In this document: piece by piece, positions 19,892-30,211 of the stretch
Numbering within the stretch: position 1 is the stretch's first letter
Layout: each line of letters begins with the position of its first letter
Source of the DNA: an uncultured bacterium
GTDB taxonomy: Bacteria > UBP6 > UBA1177
Length of the DNA stretch: 64,000 nucleotides
NCBI GenBank assembly: GCA_905233945.1
Contig: CAJOFY010000003.1
Span: 155 to 64,154, forward strand
Reading direction: 5' to 3'
The notes under the pieces: model-generated
Told to the model about the DNA's origin: nothing
The model's database searches: none
The model's input: the letters and a program-made list of their open reading frames with translations, nothing else
Program-made: the position numbers and the translations under genes

Positions 19892-21385
19892 ATGAGTTTC
19901 AAGTCTCAGGTTTCAGGATTTCAAAGGAATTTCTGGATCGCCAACATCATGGAGATGTTCGAGCGTCTGGCGTTTTTCTCGGTGCGTGCTGTCCTTCCGC
20001 TCTGGATGATAGCGACTGCCGACAAGCACGGTCTCGGACTTACTTTCACTGAAAAAGGGCTTATTTTCGGCGTATGGGCTGCGTGCCAGAGCCTTATCCC
20101 GATGCTGAGCGGCTCTTTTGCCAACTATCTCGGCTACCGCAAAAGTCTTTACATTGCTTTTACGACCAATGTTTTCGGCTACATCCTGATGGCGAACGCG
20201 GCGGGTTTCTGGAGCATGATGGTCGCAGGAATCGCTGTCGGAACAGGAACCGCCATTTTCAAGCCGCCGATTCAGGGAACTGTCGCAAGTTCTGTTACTG
20301 AAGAAAACAGTTCTGTCGGATACGGGATTTTCTACTGGGTCGTAAATATCGGAGGTCTTCTGGCCCCTGTCATGGCAAGCACTCTGCGCGGAAACGACGC
20401 CGACGGCTACACATGGAGCTACGTTTTCTACGCGGCGGCGATAGTCACTGCCTGCAACTACATTCCGGCGACTTTCCTTTTCAAAGAGCCCGATAAATTA
20501 AAGGCTACAAAATCCGCGAAAGATGCGCTCAACGACACCTGGACCGCGCTGAAAGACAAGGATTTCATGATTTTCCTCCTTATTTTCAGCGGATTCTGGC
20601 TCATGTTCATGCAGCTCTGGGATCTTTACCCGAACTTCATCGACCAGTGGACTGACAGCCGCGATCTGGCAATGATCCTGCCTTCGTTCATGACTGACGG
20701 CGGCAGCGTCAAGGCTGAGCAGTTCATCAACATCAATTCGCTCTGTATCGTTCTTTTTGTCGTTCCGTGGAGCGTAGTCACTGGCAAATTCCCGCGTCTT
20801 GTAGCGATAACCGCCGGGATCTGCCTCACGACTATAGCCTTTTTCTGCGCCGGTATCACGATGGCAGGCGTTGTAACGGCAATCTGTATAGCATTTTTCA
20901 GCTTGGGCGAAATGACCTGCTCGCCCAAATTCAGCGAATACATCGGCGTGAACGCACCGGCTGACAAAAAAGCTCTTTACATGGGGCTTTCGAACATTCC
21001 GTTCGCAGTCGGCTGGATCGTCGGAAACGTTGTCTCCGGCCCGCTTTACGACGCTTTCGCGAACAAACTTCAGATCACGAAGCAGTATCTTCTCGATGTC
21101 AAAAAGGTCCCGCTTGAGACCCTTGTGAAAGTTGTCGATGACTACAAAGCTACAAATCCCGACAACCTTCTGCCTGAAACTATCGCGAAAATGAACATCG
21201 ACACCTTCGACTTTTTCCCGTATTTTCAGGAACTTACAGGACTTGACAAATACGCTGCCAACCAGCTTCTCTGGGACGCTTACGCTCCGTGGAAAATCTG
21301 GATCGTCCTCTCTTCTTTCGGCATTCTCTCGATTGCCGCAATGCTTCTATACAACCGTCACAAAAGCAAAATAAACGCAAAATAA
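19892..21385 (+). CDS. MFS transporter, POT/PTR peptide-transporter-like
   Basis: EMFERLAFF, GTAIFKP, FYWVVNIGG, GEMTCSP; 12 transmembrane helices. Confidence 0.85.
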   Translation: MSFKSQVSGFQRNFWIANIMEMFERLAFFSVRAVLPLWMIATADKHGLGLTFTEKGLIFGVWAACQSLIPMLSGSFANYLGYRKSLYIAFTTNVFGYILMANAAGFWSMMVAGIAVGTGTAIFKPPIQGTVASSVTEENSSVGYGIFYWVVNIGGLLAPVMASTLRGNDADGYTWSYVFYAAAIVTACNYIPATFLFKEPDKLKATKSAKDALNDTWTALKDKDFMIFLLIFSGFWLMFMQLWDLYPNFIDQWTDSRDLAMILPSFMTDGGSVKAEQFININSLCIVLFVVPWSVVTGKFPRLVAITAGICLTTIAFFCAGITMAGVVTAICIAFFSLGEMTCSPKFSEYIGVNAPADKKALYMGLSNIPFAVGWIVGNVVSGPLYDAFANKLQITKQYLLDVKKVPLETLVKVVDDYKATNPDNLLPETIAKMNIDTFDFFPYFQELTGLDKYAANQLLWDAYAPWKIWIVLSSFGILSIAAMLLYNRHKSKINAK

Positions 21386-21465
21386 GCCTTAAAAACACTG
21401 GAAAACATCTCTCATTTGTGGTAATAAAGAATGTTTTTGGTGTATATTTGGCAACGGAGTCGTAA

Positions 21466-22689
21466 ATGGAAATCAAAGTCACTGAAAAAGAGGTTCTCGC
21501 CGGCGATATTTCCCAGCTGAAGACTATCATCGACAAACTCGCCCACGACGGCAAGCTCTCAGCAGAAAACGAAAACAACATTACTATAAAATTCGACAAT
21601 CTCAACTCGCTTGACCTTTCTGTCAAACTCCAGAAACCGGAATATAAACGCTGGTTCAAAAAGCTCGACAATGAATTCCACTACCTTCCGTTTTTTCTTA
21701 ATAAACAATCGAAAACATTGATGTTTTTTATTATGGGGAATGTTGATTTCACCATTGAGGATCAGGCTATAGTCTTCAACGAATCATCAAAACAGCACTT
21801 TGTCACCAATAAAAAAGCATCCGTAAAAGCGTTCTGTCTCTCCCACAATATAGACATGACGGAAACACTCCAGCGTCTGACAGTCTTCGAGCCGCAGCCG
21901 CAGCGTGCCGGGGTGCAGAAAGTCAGGGTCGACGAGCTTCTCAGCCAGCGCGGCGCTGTGGCTTATATGTCGGAACAAAGAGAATACACCATTTCAATCT
22001 TCATAAAAAAGATTCCGAAAGATTTGAAAATCCACGCGGTTTACTACACCGAAAAAAACTGTCCGCAGCCTTTCTTCACAGTCTTTATGGAGGAAGACGG
22101 GGAAAGAATCCAATACACCGTTTACCCGCAGATTTCACAGAGAGATACCGATGAATATCTGCTCCGGACTCATGAAGTGAAAATTCTGATAGCGTTCAAA
22201 ATCAATGACCAGCTCAAAGGATTTCCTAAGATCACTGAAAATATAAAAATCGCGACACTTGAAGAGCTTCAGACACAGCAGCAGCTCTTTCTGTCCGCAG
22301 AACCGGAAAAAACCGAAAGTTCCGGCGGTGACGCGGAAAACCGTGCCGAAAACGGCAACAATGTTCCGGAGGAAACCGGCGGAGATAAAAACGAAGAACC
22401 GGTAAGGCCGGACGAGCCTGAAGAACAGGAAGATCCTGACAAAACTCTTCCGATTCATGATGTCGAAGAAACTCCCGAAATTCATGAAGAAACAACCGGA
22501 GAAGATGAAGAAACGGAAGAAACGGTGCCGGAAAACGAGACGTGTGAGGAAAAAGCGGCCCGCCTTGAAAAAGAGAACGCCGCGCTTCGCAGGAAAGTGG
22601 CTTCGCAGCAGAAAATCATTGATGATTTAGAAGAAGAAATAAACAAAAAACGCTCAATATGGAGCTTTATCAAGAGGATGTTCGGTTGA
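21466..22689 (+). CDS. Hypothetical protein with CRR6/DUF1817-like N-terminus, acidic linker and C-terminal coiled coil
   Basis: PEYKRWFKKLDNEFHYLPFFL resembles the CRR6 core; Glu-rich segment; terminal SIWSFIKRMFG. Confidence 0.5.
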   Translation: MEIKVTEKEVLAGDISQLKTIIDKLAHDGKLSAENENNITIKFDNLNSLDLSVKLQKPEYKRWFKKLDNEFHYLPFFLNKQSKTLMFFIMGNVDFTIEDQAIVFNESSKQHFVTNKKASVKAFCLSHNIDMTETLQRLTVFEPQPQRAGVQKVRVDELLSQRGAVAYMSEQREYTISIFIKKIPKDLKIHAVYYTEKNCPQPFFTVFMEEDGERIQYTVYPQISQRDTDEYLLRTHEVKILIAFKINDQLKGFPKITENIKIATLEELQTQQQLFLSAEPEKTESSGGDAENRAENGNNVPEETGGDKNEEPVRPDEPEEQEDPDKTLPIHDVEETPEIHEETTGEDEETEETVPENETCEEKAARLEKENAALRRKVASQQKIIDDLEEEINKKRSIWSFIKRMFG

Positions 22690-23450
22690 CGACTGTAATT
22701 TTTAACGGAACGGGCTCGTCCACCGGAGTCCCTCAGCTTTTCTGCAGCTGCGATGTCTGCAAACTCAAGGACGAACGCAACCGCCGCACGCGCTTTTCGA
22801 TGACTTTGATTGAAAACGGGACTGTCCTGCAGATCGATTTTCCATACGAAATCAGACAGCAGCTCCTTAAATCACAGATTTCACACATTGACGCAGGCTG
22901 GCTGACCCACGCCCACAGCGACCATTTCGCCGGAATTGACGATCTGAGGATGGCATCGTTCAGAAACGACGAACCGCTTCCCTTTTTCCTCAGCCGCGAA
23001 ACTTTTGAAATCGCGCAGCAGCGGTTCCCCTATCTTTTTTTTGAAAACGAATACCTCCCCCGCCCTTTTCTGAAGCCGGTTTTTGTAGAAAAAGAACCTG
23101 TGCAGTTCAGAAACATGACCCTTCTGCCGATCCGTCACAAGCACGGCGAAACCGTTGTTACAAGTCTCCGTTTCAAGGACTTTGCGCTGCTTGCCGATAT
23201 AAACTCGATAGAACCTGCCGAGCTCGACAAAGCTAAAGGAGTCAGACTGCTGGCAATTTCATCGACAGTCTGGAAAAAGAAACATCCGACCCACTTCAGT
23301 TTTGAGGAAATACTCGACATCATCAGGTATCTTGCGCCTGAAAAAGCCTGTCTCACCCACATGAACCACACTTTCGACTATGAGGAAACCCTGAAAAAAC
23401 TTCCGGCGAATGTCGTTCCCGCCGTTGACGGTCTGAAAATAGAGGTTTAA
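22686..23450 (+). CDS. MBL-fold metallo-hydrolase (PhnP-like)
   Basis: GTGSSTGVP, CSCDVC, THAHSDHFAG, HPTH, LTHMNH; the TTG start overlaps the upstream stop. Confidence 0.9.
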   Translation: MTTVIFNGTGSSTGVPQLFCSCDVCKLKDERNRRTRFSMTLIENGTVLQIDFPYEIRQQLLKSQISHIDAGWLTHAHSDHFAGIDDLRMASFRNDEPLPFFLSRETFEIAQQRFPYLFFENEYLPRPFLKPVFVEKEPVQFRNMTLLPIRHKHGETVVTSLRFKDFALLADINSIEPAELDKAKGVRLLAISSTVWKKKHPTHFSFEEILDIIRYLAPEKACLTHMNHTFDYEETLKKLPANVVPAVDGLKIEV

Positions 23451-24281
23451 ATGCTGAACTGGCTTTCATACGGGGTTGTAAATATCGCAGGATATGTTGC
23501 AAACACTCTTTTTTTTATTGATGTTCTGATCTGGTTTTTACTTGTCAGAAAGAATATGAATATCCGCGAAAACAGAAAAATTATGATAAAAACCGGCGTA
23601 ATTTCCTTAATCGGAGCAGCAATCGCGCCTCTTTTGATAGTAATTGTTTCGGGCAATCTTTTTCCTTTTCTTTCCAGTGCATGGAAAGTTATTCAGAAAA
23701 TCGACAGTTTTGCCTCATTTAAGGCACTTGTTTCAGCTGTTTTCAAAGGTTTTTCAATAACCGGCGGCATTTTGATCCTCTCAATTGTCCTTCTGTTCTT
23801 TGTAAAAAAAGCAAAGAGACTGACTTTCGCCATCCTCTACCCTTTCCCGCTTTTTGCCGCACTGACAAGGATAAACTGCTTTATCGAAGGGTGCTGCTTC
23901 GGCAAACTTTCCAACGATATTTTCGCGGTAAGCTACCCGCCTGCAAGCCCCGCATCAAAACTGCACTACAGCCGCTCTCTGATTCCTTCGCGCTTTGTTC
24001 CGTCGCTCAACGTCCATCCGACGCAGCTTTACATCTTTGCCGCGATGTTTTTTCTTTTTGCAGCACTTGTCATAATGAACAAACTCAAAGTTAAAAAGAA
24101 TATCATTGCCGGAACAGCCCTTTCCGGTTACGGATTTTTTAATTTTTTCATTGAGTTTTCCCGTGAGGAACCTGTTGCGCTCAGCATCTTCACAATGGGA
24201 CAAATACTGGAATTTATTATATTTTTATTAGGTTTTTACCTCGTTTTCAAAGTTAAGGAAGAAGAAATTTCTGAAAAATAA
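23451..24281 (+). CDS. Prolipoprotein diacylglyceryl transferase family protein (divergent Lgt)
   Basis: RINCFIEGCCFG, HPTQLY, FFIEFSRE. Confidence 0.75.
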   Translation: MLNWLSYGVVNIAGYVANTLFFIDVLIWFLLVRKNMNIRENRKIMIKTGVISLIGAAIAPLLIVIVSGNLFPFLSSAWKVIQKIDSFASFKALVSAVFKGFSITGGILILSIVLLFFVKKAKRLTFAILYPFPLFAALTRINCFIEGCCFGKLSNDIFAVSYPPASPASKLHYSRSLIPSRFVPSLNVHPTQLYIFAAMFFLFAALVIMNKLKVKKNIIAGTALSGYGFFNFFIEFSREEPVALSIFTMGQILEFIIFLLGFYLVFKVKEEEISEK

Positions 24282-24295
24282 TCTGAGGAGGAAAC

Positions 24296-25948
24296 ATGCT
24301 GCCGAAAAACAATCCCGCGAAGCTCGAATCCTGGAAGACACTTGAAAACATCAAGAAAAACAGCTCTTTCAATTTAAGAGAGCTTTTCAGGGAAAATCCT
24401 GCAAGGGCCGATGATTTTTCCGTTTCTTTAGACGATATTTTCCTCGATTATTCCAAAAACCTGATTGACAAAAAAGTTATGGAAGCCCTTCTCAACCTCG
24501 CCAAAGAAGCGGGTTTGAAAGAAGGAATTGACGCGATGTTCCGCGGTGAAAAAATAAATGAAACCGAAAACAGAGCCGTTCTGCACACTGCTCTGCGTGA
24601 TTTTTCGGACGATCCGGTAATTCTTGACGGACATAACATAAAAGAGGATATCCGGCGCGTTCAAAGCAAGATGAAAGCCTTCGCCGACAAAGTTTCAGAC
24701 AAAAAATGGCTTGGTTTTTCCGGGAAACCGGTGACAGACATCGTAAACATCGGAATCGGCGGCAGCGACCTCGGCCCTGTAATGGTGACAGAAGCTCTGA
24801 AACCCTTCTGGAAAGCGGGTTTGCGGGTATTTTTCGTCTCGAATATCGACGGCACGCATATTTCTGAAACGCTTAAAAAACTTAAACCCGAAACGACGCT
24901 TTTCCTCATTGCGTCAAAAACTTTCACGACTCTTGAAACAATGACCAATGCAAACACCGCAAAAAAATGGTTTCTGGAAAACGGCGGAAGTGAAAAAGAT
25001 ATTGCAAAGCACTTTGCGGCCCTTTCGACCAACGCGAAAGCGGTAACGGATTTCGGTATCGACACCGAAAACATGTTTGAGTTCTGGGACTGGGTGGGCG
25101 GCAGATACTCGCTCTGGAGCGCAATAGGACTGAGTATTGCATGTGTCATCGGATATGAAAACTTCGAAAAACTGCTTAAAGGGGCTTACGCTGCGGACCT
25201 TCACTTCAAAAACACCCCTTTTGAAAAGAATATTCCGGTGATTCTCGGGCTTTTGGGAATCTGGTACAACAACTTTTTCGGCGCCGAAACCCACGCGATT
25301 CTTCCTTACGACCAGTACATGCACCGTTTTGCCGCGTATTTGCAGCAGGGCGATATGGAATCAAACGGAAAAAGCACCGACAGAGCCGGAAATCCAGTCT
25401 CTTACCAGACAGGCCAGATAATCTGGGGCGAGCCGGGAACAAACGGCCAGCATGCGTTCTATCAGCTGATTCACCAGGGCACGAAGCTCATTCCGGCAGA
25501 CTTTATCGCGCCGGCGAATTCGTTCAATCCTGTAGGAGACCACCACAGAAAGCTGCTCGCCAACTTTTTCGCGCAAACCGAGGCTCTGATGAACGGAAAA
25601 ACAGCCGGAGAAGCCGAAGCCGAGCTTAAAAAAGCAGGCAAAACACCGGAAGAAATCAAAAAACTTCTTCCTTTCAAGGTTTTCAGCGGAAACAGACCGA
25701 CGAACTCGATAATTTTCAAAAAACTTGACCCCGAAACTCTCGGAAAACTCATTGCGATTTATGAGCACAAGATTTTCACCCAGGGAATCATCTGGAATGT
25801 TTTCAGCTTCGACCAGTGGGGAGTCGAACTCGGAAAACAGCTCGCTACAAAAATCCTGCCTGAACTTGAGAATTGTGGAAAAGTTTCGTCGCACGATTCA
25901 TCCACGAACAATTTAATAAATAAATTCAAAGAGTTACAGAACAAATAA
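24296..25948 (+). CDS. pgi: Glucose-6-phosphate isomerase
   Basis: [37 protein letters not shown]. Confidence 0.98.
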   Translation: MLPKNNPAKLESWKTLENIKKNSSFNLRELFRENPARADDFSVSLDDIFLDYSKNLIDKKVMEALLNLAKEAGLKEGIDAMFRGEKINETENRAVLHTALRDFSDDPVILDGHNIKEDIRRVQSKMKAFADKVSDKKWLGFSGKPVTDIVNIGIGGSDLGPVMVTEALKPFWKAGLRVFFVSNIDGTHISETLKKLKPETTLFLIASKTFTTLETMTNANTAKKWFLENGGSEKDIAKHFAALSTNAKAVTDFGIDTENMFEFWDWVGGRYSLWSAIGLSIACVIGYENFEKLLKGAYAADLHFKNTPFEKNIPVILGLLGIWYNNFFGAETHAILPYDQYMHRFAAYLQQGDMESNGKSTDRAGNPVSYQTGQIIWGEPGTNGQHAFYQLIHQGTKLIPADFIAPANSFNPVGDHHRKLLANFFAQTEALMNGKTAGEAEAELKKAGKTPEEIKKLLPFKVFSGNRPTNSIIFKKLDPETLGKLIAIYEHKIFTQGIIWNVFSFDQWGVELGKQLATKILPELENCGKVSSHDSSTNNLINKFKELQNK

Positions 25949-25959
25949 TGGAGGAAACA

Positions 25960-26787
25960 ATGAAAAACTTCTTTAAAATCGTTGTTTTGGCTGCAATTTT
26001 CTGCCTGGTTGCAAGCTGTGAAAATTCCATCGGCAAAAAAACTATTGACGAGAACGATGGAGACAGAAACGACACTGAAATTTCAGATGAAGATGCCGAT
26101 TCAGGCGACACTACAGACGCGGATGAACCCGACACGACAACCGATGAAGACGGAGAAATTCCGGATGAAACCGAGGATGATACGACCGATACGGCTGATG
26201 AAGACAACGAGGATATTGCCGATACAGATCCTGATGAAGACGAATCAGCATACCACTCCCCTTACGGCTCTGTTTCTTTTACTTTTGACAATATAATCGG
26301 CACAGAAGAAGATCCCATCATCGCCGATGAAGTCTTTGCCACCGGAAACTACGGGAACAGTACGGAAGATATCGCGCCTGAATACGCAGAACTGATCCAA
26401 ACTTCGGCTTTTGTTTACAAAGACTACATCCAGATTCAGCAGACTCTCAAGTACAGCGGAGGAATTCTGGGAAATCCTGTCGTATTCTTCTATCTGCCGC
26501 TTGAAACCGCCTATAATCCGGGAATCTACAACCTGGGAATCAGCAGCGACGCTGCGATTATTGTTACCGATGTCGACTGGACTTCAGGACAAATCCAGTG
26601 CTATCACGCTTTCGGGGAAGGAACGCTGGAAATTTCGGAATCAAACATCAACGACAGCTTCCAAGTCATCAGTCTCAGCGGAAACGCAACACTTTACCAC
26701 CCGCTGAACTACAAGGGTGAAGATGTTTCGCAGACATTTTTACAGACATTTACCGGTACAAACTTACTTTGCGGGCCCGTCGATTAA
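25960..26787 (+). CDS. Lipoprotein with Asp/Glu/Thr-rich tether
   Basis: Signal peptide and lipobox VASC; acidic low-complexity segment; beta-rich C-terminal domain. Confidence 0.75.
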   Translation: MKNFFKIVVLAAIFCLVASCENSIGKKTIDENDGDRNDTEISDEDADSGDTTDADEPDTTTDEDGEIPDETEDDTTDTADEDNEDIADTDPDEDESAYHSPYGSVSFTFDNIIGTEEDPIIADEVFATGNYGNSTEDIAPEYAELIQTSAFVYKDYIQIQQTLKYSGGILGNPVVFFYLPLETAYNPGIYNLGISSDAAIIVTDVDWTSGQIQCYHAFGEGTLEISESNINDSFQVISLSGNATLYHPLNYKGEDVSQTFLQTFTGTNLLCGPVD

Positions 26788-26811
26788 AAACCAATAAATT
26801 CAAGGTGTTAC

Positions 26812-27840
26812 ATGAATATTTTAGTAACAGGCGGAGCCGGCTACATCGGTTCGCACACTGTAGTTGAGCTCATAAATGCAGGACACGGCGTCGTAATTGT
26901 TGACAACTTTTCCAATTCAAAACCCGAGGCAATCTCCCGCGTGGAACAGATTACATCCTCAAAAATCAAATTTTATGAGGCCGATATCCGCGACAAAGCG
27001 GCTATGGAGCACATTTTTTCTGAAAACAAATTTGACTGCTGCATCCACTTCGCAGGATTCAAAGCTGTGGGCGAATCTGTAATAAAGCCTGGAAAATATT
27101 ACGAAAACAACATTGTCGGCACGCTGGTTCTCCTTGATGTTATGCGCAAATACGCCTGCAAAAACATTATTTTCTCCTCCTCGGCCACTGTTTACGGAGA
27201 TCCGGCCTTCGTTCCTATCACCGAAAAATGTCCGAAAGGCCTCTGCACCAATCCTTACGGCAAAACAAAATCAATGCTCGAGGATATTTTGACTGATTTC
27301 CACACTGCCGATCTCAAAACAAACGATCCGGATCCGTGGAATATCGTTCTGCTGCGCTATTTCAACCCGGTTGGAGCGCACAAATCCGGCCTTATCGGCG
27401 AAGATCCGAAAGGAATTCCAAACAACCTCATGCCTTATATCACGCAGGTTGCAGCGGGAAAACTCGATCATCTCACCGTTTTCGGCAACGACTACAAAAC
27501 ACATGACGGCACGGGAGTAAGAGACTATATCCACGTTGTCGATCTCGCGAAAGGCCACGTAAAAGCGCTTGCCGCAATCGAAAAAAAATGCGGAGTAGCC
27601 GTTTACAACCTGGGAACAGGCAAGGGTTACAGCGTTCTTGACATTGTCCATGCTTTTGAAGAAGCCAACGATCTCAAAATTCCTTACGAAATCGGTCCGC
27701 GCCGCCCGGGCGACATTGCCGAATGCTATTCTTCACCTGAAAAGGCCAGGGCCGAACTCGGCTGGACTGCAGAAAACGGTATCGTTGAAATGTGCCGCGA
27801 CAGCTGGAACTGGCAGAAAAACAACCCTGACGGGTATTAG
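26812..27840 (+). CDS. galE: UDP-glucose 4-epimerase
   Basis: GGAGYIGSH, FSSSATVYG, YGKTK, LRYFNP, RDYIHV. Confidence 0.96.
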   Translation: MNILVTGGAGYIGSHTVVELINAGHGVVIVDNFSNSKPEAISRVEQITSSKIKFYEADIRDKAAMEHIFSENKFDCCIHFAGFKAVGESVIKPGKYYENNIVGTLVLLDVMRKYACKNIIFSSSATVYGDPAFVPITEKCPKGLCTNPYGKTKSMLEDILTDFHTADLKTNDPDPWNIVLLRYFNPVGAHKSGLIGEDPKGIPNNLMPYITQVAAGKLDHLTVFGNDYKTHDGTGVRDYIHVVDLAKGHVKALAAIEKKCGVAVYNLGTGKGYSVLDIVHAFEEANDLKIPYEIGPRRPGDIAECYSSPEKARAELGWTAENGIVEMCRDSWNWQKNNPDGY

Positions 27841-27881
27841 ACTTTCTTTTTCAATCGATTTTTATCAGTAATTTAATGGAC

Positions 27882-28388
27882 TTATCTGACACAATAAACG
27901 TTATAGGGAACAACCATTTTGGCTTCTGAAATTCTGGTGTTGTTAAGACTTATAACCCAGTAGTGATCGGTATCGGTTCTCTGCGAAGATGACCAGAACC
28001 ATCCTTTGCCCGGCAGTATCGTGCGCCCTTTGCGGCAGCCGCGGCAATCCTGTTTGTTGTAATCGTCAATGCGGAGCTTGCCGTTCTTTTCGCTGATTTC
28101 GCACTTTCCGCCAATTGCAGTTTCGGGACATTTTTCAATAGTGGAGCGGAGTTCGTCGATGGTCGGCATTCTCCAGTCTGTGAAGCCGTCTTCCTCAAGA
28201 TTCTCGCAGTATTCGTTGGCCTTGAGCCATGTTACGGCAAATTTTGGTCTGTTTGACCATTGAAGTTTTTTTGCGGGTGCGGGTGCAGCCGCAGCCGGTT
28301 TCGCCGCCTGTTCGGACGGTTTTGCCTCAGCTGCAATGATTACGGAACTAAAAACGACACAAAGCAGTAACAATACGATTTTTTTCAT
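27882..28388 (-). CDS. Secreted DUF1566 (Lcl C-type-lectin-like) domain protein
   Basis: Signal peptide, WxxAxxYC, DWRMPTIDEL, FWSSS, terminal CVR. Confidence 0.85.
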   Translation of the reverse strand: MKKIVLLLLCVVFSSVIIAAEAKPSEQAAKPAAAAPAPAKKLQWSNRPKFAVTWLKANEYCENLEEDGFTDWRMPTIDELRSTIEKCPETAIGGKCEISEKNGKLRIDDYNKQDCRGCRKGRTILPGKGWFWSSSQRTDTDHYWVISLNNTRISEAKMVVPYNVYCVR

Positions 28389-28519
28389 TTTTTCCTCCAA
28401 ATAAACAGTTAAACAAAAAAACGGCGCTTTTATATAAACCGGCGATTACTCTGTCAAGGAATTTGCGGTTTTCACTCTTTTCCCTATAATTCTCCGTTTT
28501 TAAGGTATTTGGAGGAATT

Positions 28520-29338
28520 ATGAAACGACTTTTCTTTATTTTTATCTCTTTGATTTTATTAGGTTTTTATCTTTCGGCAGAAGAAGCGGCACAGAAAACG
28601 GACGCCAACACCGGCGCAACCGAAAAGAAGGAGGCTGTTCAGGAAAAACCTGCTCCCGAAAAAGGCAAAGTTTACGAAGGAATGCCGATAACGCCCGAAT
28701 TTTCGAAGGAAGTGATAGACAAGATCACGGCGAAATACTCGAAAATGTATGAATCTTACGACGGCGTCAAAAACACGCGCCATGTCACTGTCGAATACCG
28801 CGATCCCAAGACAAACGAGCTCCTTGAAACCGAAAAATATGTCTACACCCGCAAAGACTACTGGTACAAAAACCTGAAATACGAGCTGCTTTCATGCGAA
28901 TCGGACGGAAAACCGCGCAAACCCGGTGTCATCGCATGCGACCCGCACGAATCGAAGCCGGGAATCCCCCACTTCGACAAAAACGGCGAGAAAGAATACA
29001 TCCGCGAACTTGTCGCTGTCGAAAAACTCAACGGAAGGCTTGCATACAAAATCAAAATGACGGCGAGAAAACCGAAAGGAGAACATTTCGTCGGCCATGT
29101 CTGGGTCGCTGTCGACAACCTCGAATACATGCAGAACGAAGGCAGAGCAGGCAAAAAAAGGATGGGCGAAAAGGATCTTTACGTCAAATATCAGGCGAAA
29201 GACTTCAACAACGGCCAGTTTTTCCACTTCACGAGCGGAATCACGAGAGTCGAGATCAGCGTCATGGGCTACAAACGCGTTCTCATCTACAAATTCGAGA
29301 ACAAAGACATCGAACTTATGCCGAAGGACAAAAAATAA
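28520..29338 (+). CDS. Secreted hypothetical protein (possibly LolA-like/lipid-handling fold)
   Basis: Signal peptide; EKLNGRLAYKI...GHVWV motif; strong GGAGG RBS. Confidence 0.55.
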   Translation: MKRLFFIFISLILLGFYLSAEEAAQKTDANTGATEKKEAVQEKPAPEKGKVYEGMPITPEFSKEVIDKITAKYSKMYESYDGVKNTRHVTVEYRDPKTNELLETEKYVYTRKDYWYKNLKYELLSCESDGKPRKPGVIACDPHESKPGIPHFDKNGEKEYIRELVAVEKLNGRLAYKIKMTARKPKGEHFVGHVWVAVDNLEYMQNEGRAGKKRMGEKDLYVKYQAKDFNNGQFFHFTSGITRVEISVMGYKRVLIYKFENKDIELMPKDKK

Positions 29339-30093
29339 TGGAAAAACTATACTTCTGGACTCTCGTTTTCATCTTCGTGAGCGGCGTTTTCACATGGATC
29401 ACGCTCTATTTCATCACGGCGGGCTACGGCAGATACGGCAGCAAAAAGTGGGGCCCCGCAATAAATCCTAAACTCGGCTGGATGATAATGGAATCGCCCG
29501 TCGTCATTCTTCCGATAGTTTTTGCATTTTTAGGAAATGTAAACGCCGTCACGGGTGTAATGCTCGGGATCTGGCTTTCGCACTACATCCAGCGCGATCT
29601 GATTTACCCGTTTCTCATCAAAAACGGTGCGAAAATGCCCCTTTCGATTATCGCGATGTCGCTTTTCTTCAACTGCATGAACGGTTTTGTCAACGGTTAC
29701 TGGCTGTTTTTCCTATCAAAATATGAGAAATATGAGACTTCGTGGTTCGTGACTCCGCAGTTCATCATCGGAACAATTCTTTTCTACTGCGGGCTTTTCA
29801 TCAACATACAGTCAGACCACATCGTCCGCAATCTCCGCAAGGAAAACGGCCCCGGCTACCACATTCCGATGAAAGGTTTCCACAAATATGTCGCGAATCC
29901 CAACTATTTCGGCGAAATCGTCGAATGGGCGGGCTGGGCGATCCTCACATGGTCCGTTCCGGGACTCGCTTTTGTCTTTTTCACAATGGCCAACCTTGTG
30001 CCGAGAGCGCACAGAAACCGCCAGTGGTATGTCGAGAAATTCGGCGATAAATACCCCAAATCAAGAAAAAGAGTGTTTCCTTTCATTTATTGA
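29338..30093 (+). CDS. Steroid 5-alpha-reductase (3-oxo-5-alpha-steroid 4-dehydrogenase) family protein
   Basis: YGRY, GWMIMESP, HYIQR, NIQSDHIVRNLR, PNYFGEIVEW, NLVPRA; real start is ATG 29338, overlapping the upstream TAA. Confidence 0.9.
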   Translation: MEKLYFWTLVFIFVSGVFTWITLYFITAGYGRYGSKKWGPAINPKLGWMIMESPVVILPIVFAFLGNVNAVTGVMLGIWLSHYIQRDLIYPFLIKNGAKMPLSIIAMSLFFNCMNGFVNGYWLFFLSKYEKYETSWFVTPQFIIGTILFYCGLFINIQSDHIVRNLRKENGPGYHIPMKGFHKYVANPNYFGEIVEWAGWAILTWSVPGLAFVFFTMANLVPRAHRNRQWYVEKFGDKYPKSRKRVFPFIY

Positions 30094-30100
30094 AAAAGCA

Positions 30101-30136
30101 TCGTTACGACGACACGACGGCACGACGTAACGACAA
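30101..30136. repeat. Inverted repeat with internal 8-bp tandem units
   Basis: TCGTTACG...CGTAACGA arms; tacgacga/cacgacgg/cacgacgt/aacgacaa. Confidence 0.65.
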
Positions 30137-30211
30137 AGCCAGATTAAATTATTGATTTTTTTATCTTTTTCTCTATAATACTGCGTTTGTTTTTTTCGGC
30201 AGGAGGCTGAT

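Noticed and set aside
27882-28388. Diversity-generating retroelement targeting the DUF1566 genes
   Set aside because: There is no reverse transcriptase, Avd or template repeat in the window; a remote element cannot be excluded.
28894-29337. Apparent 148-aa N-terminal extension of the 5-alpha-reductase overlapping the upstream gene
   Set aside because: It is an Arg-rich off-frame read of the upstream CDS; family similarity begins at ATG 29338.
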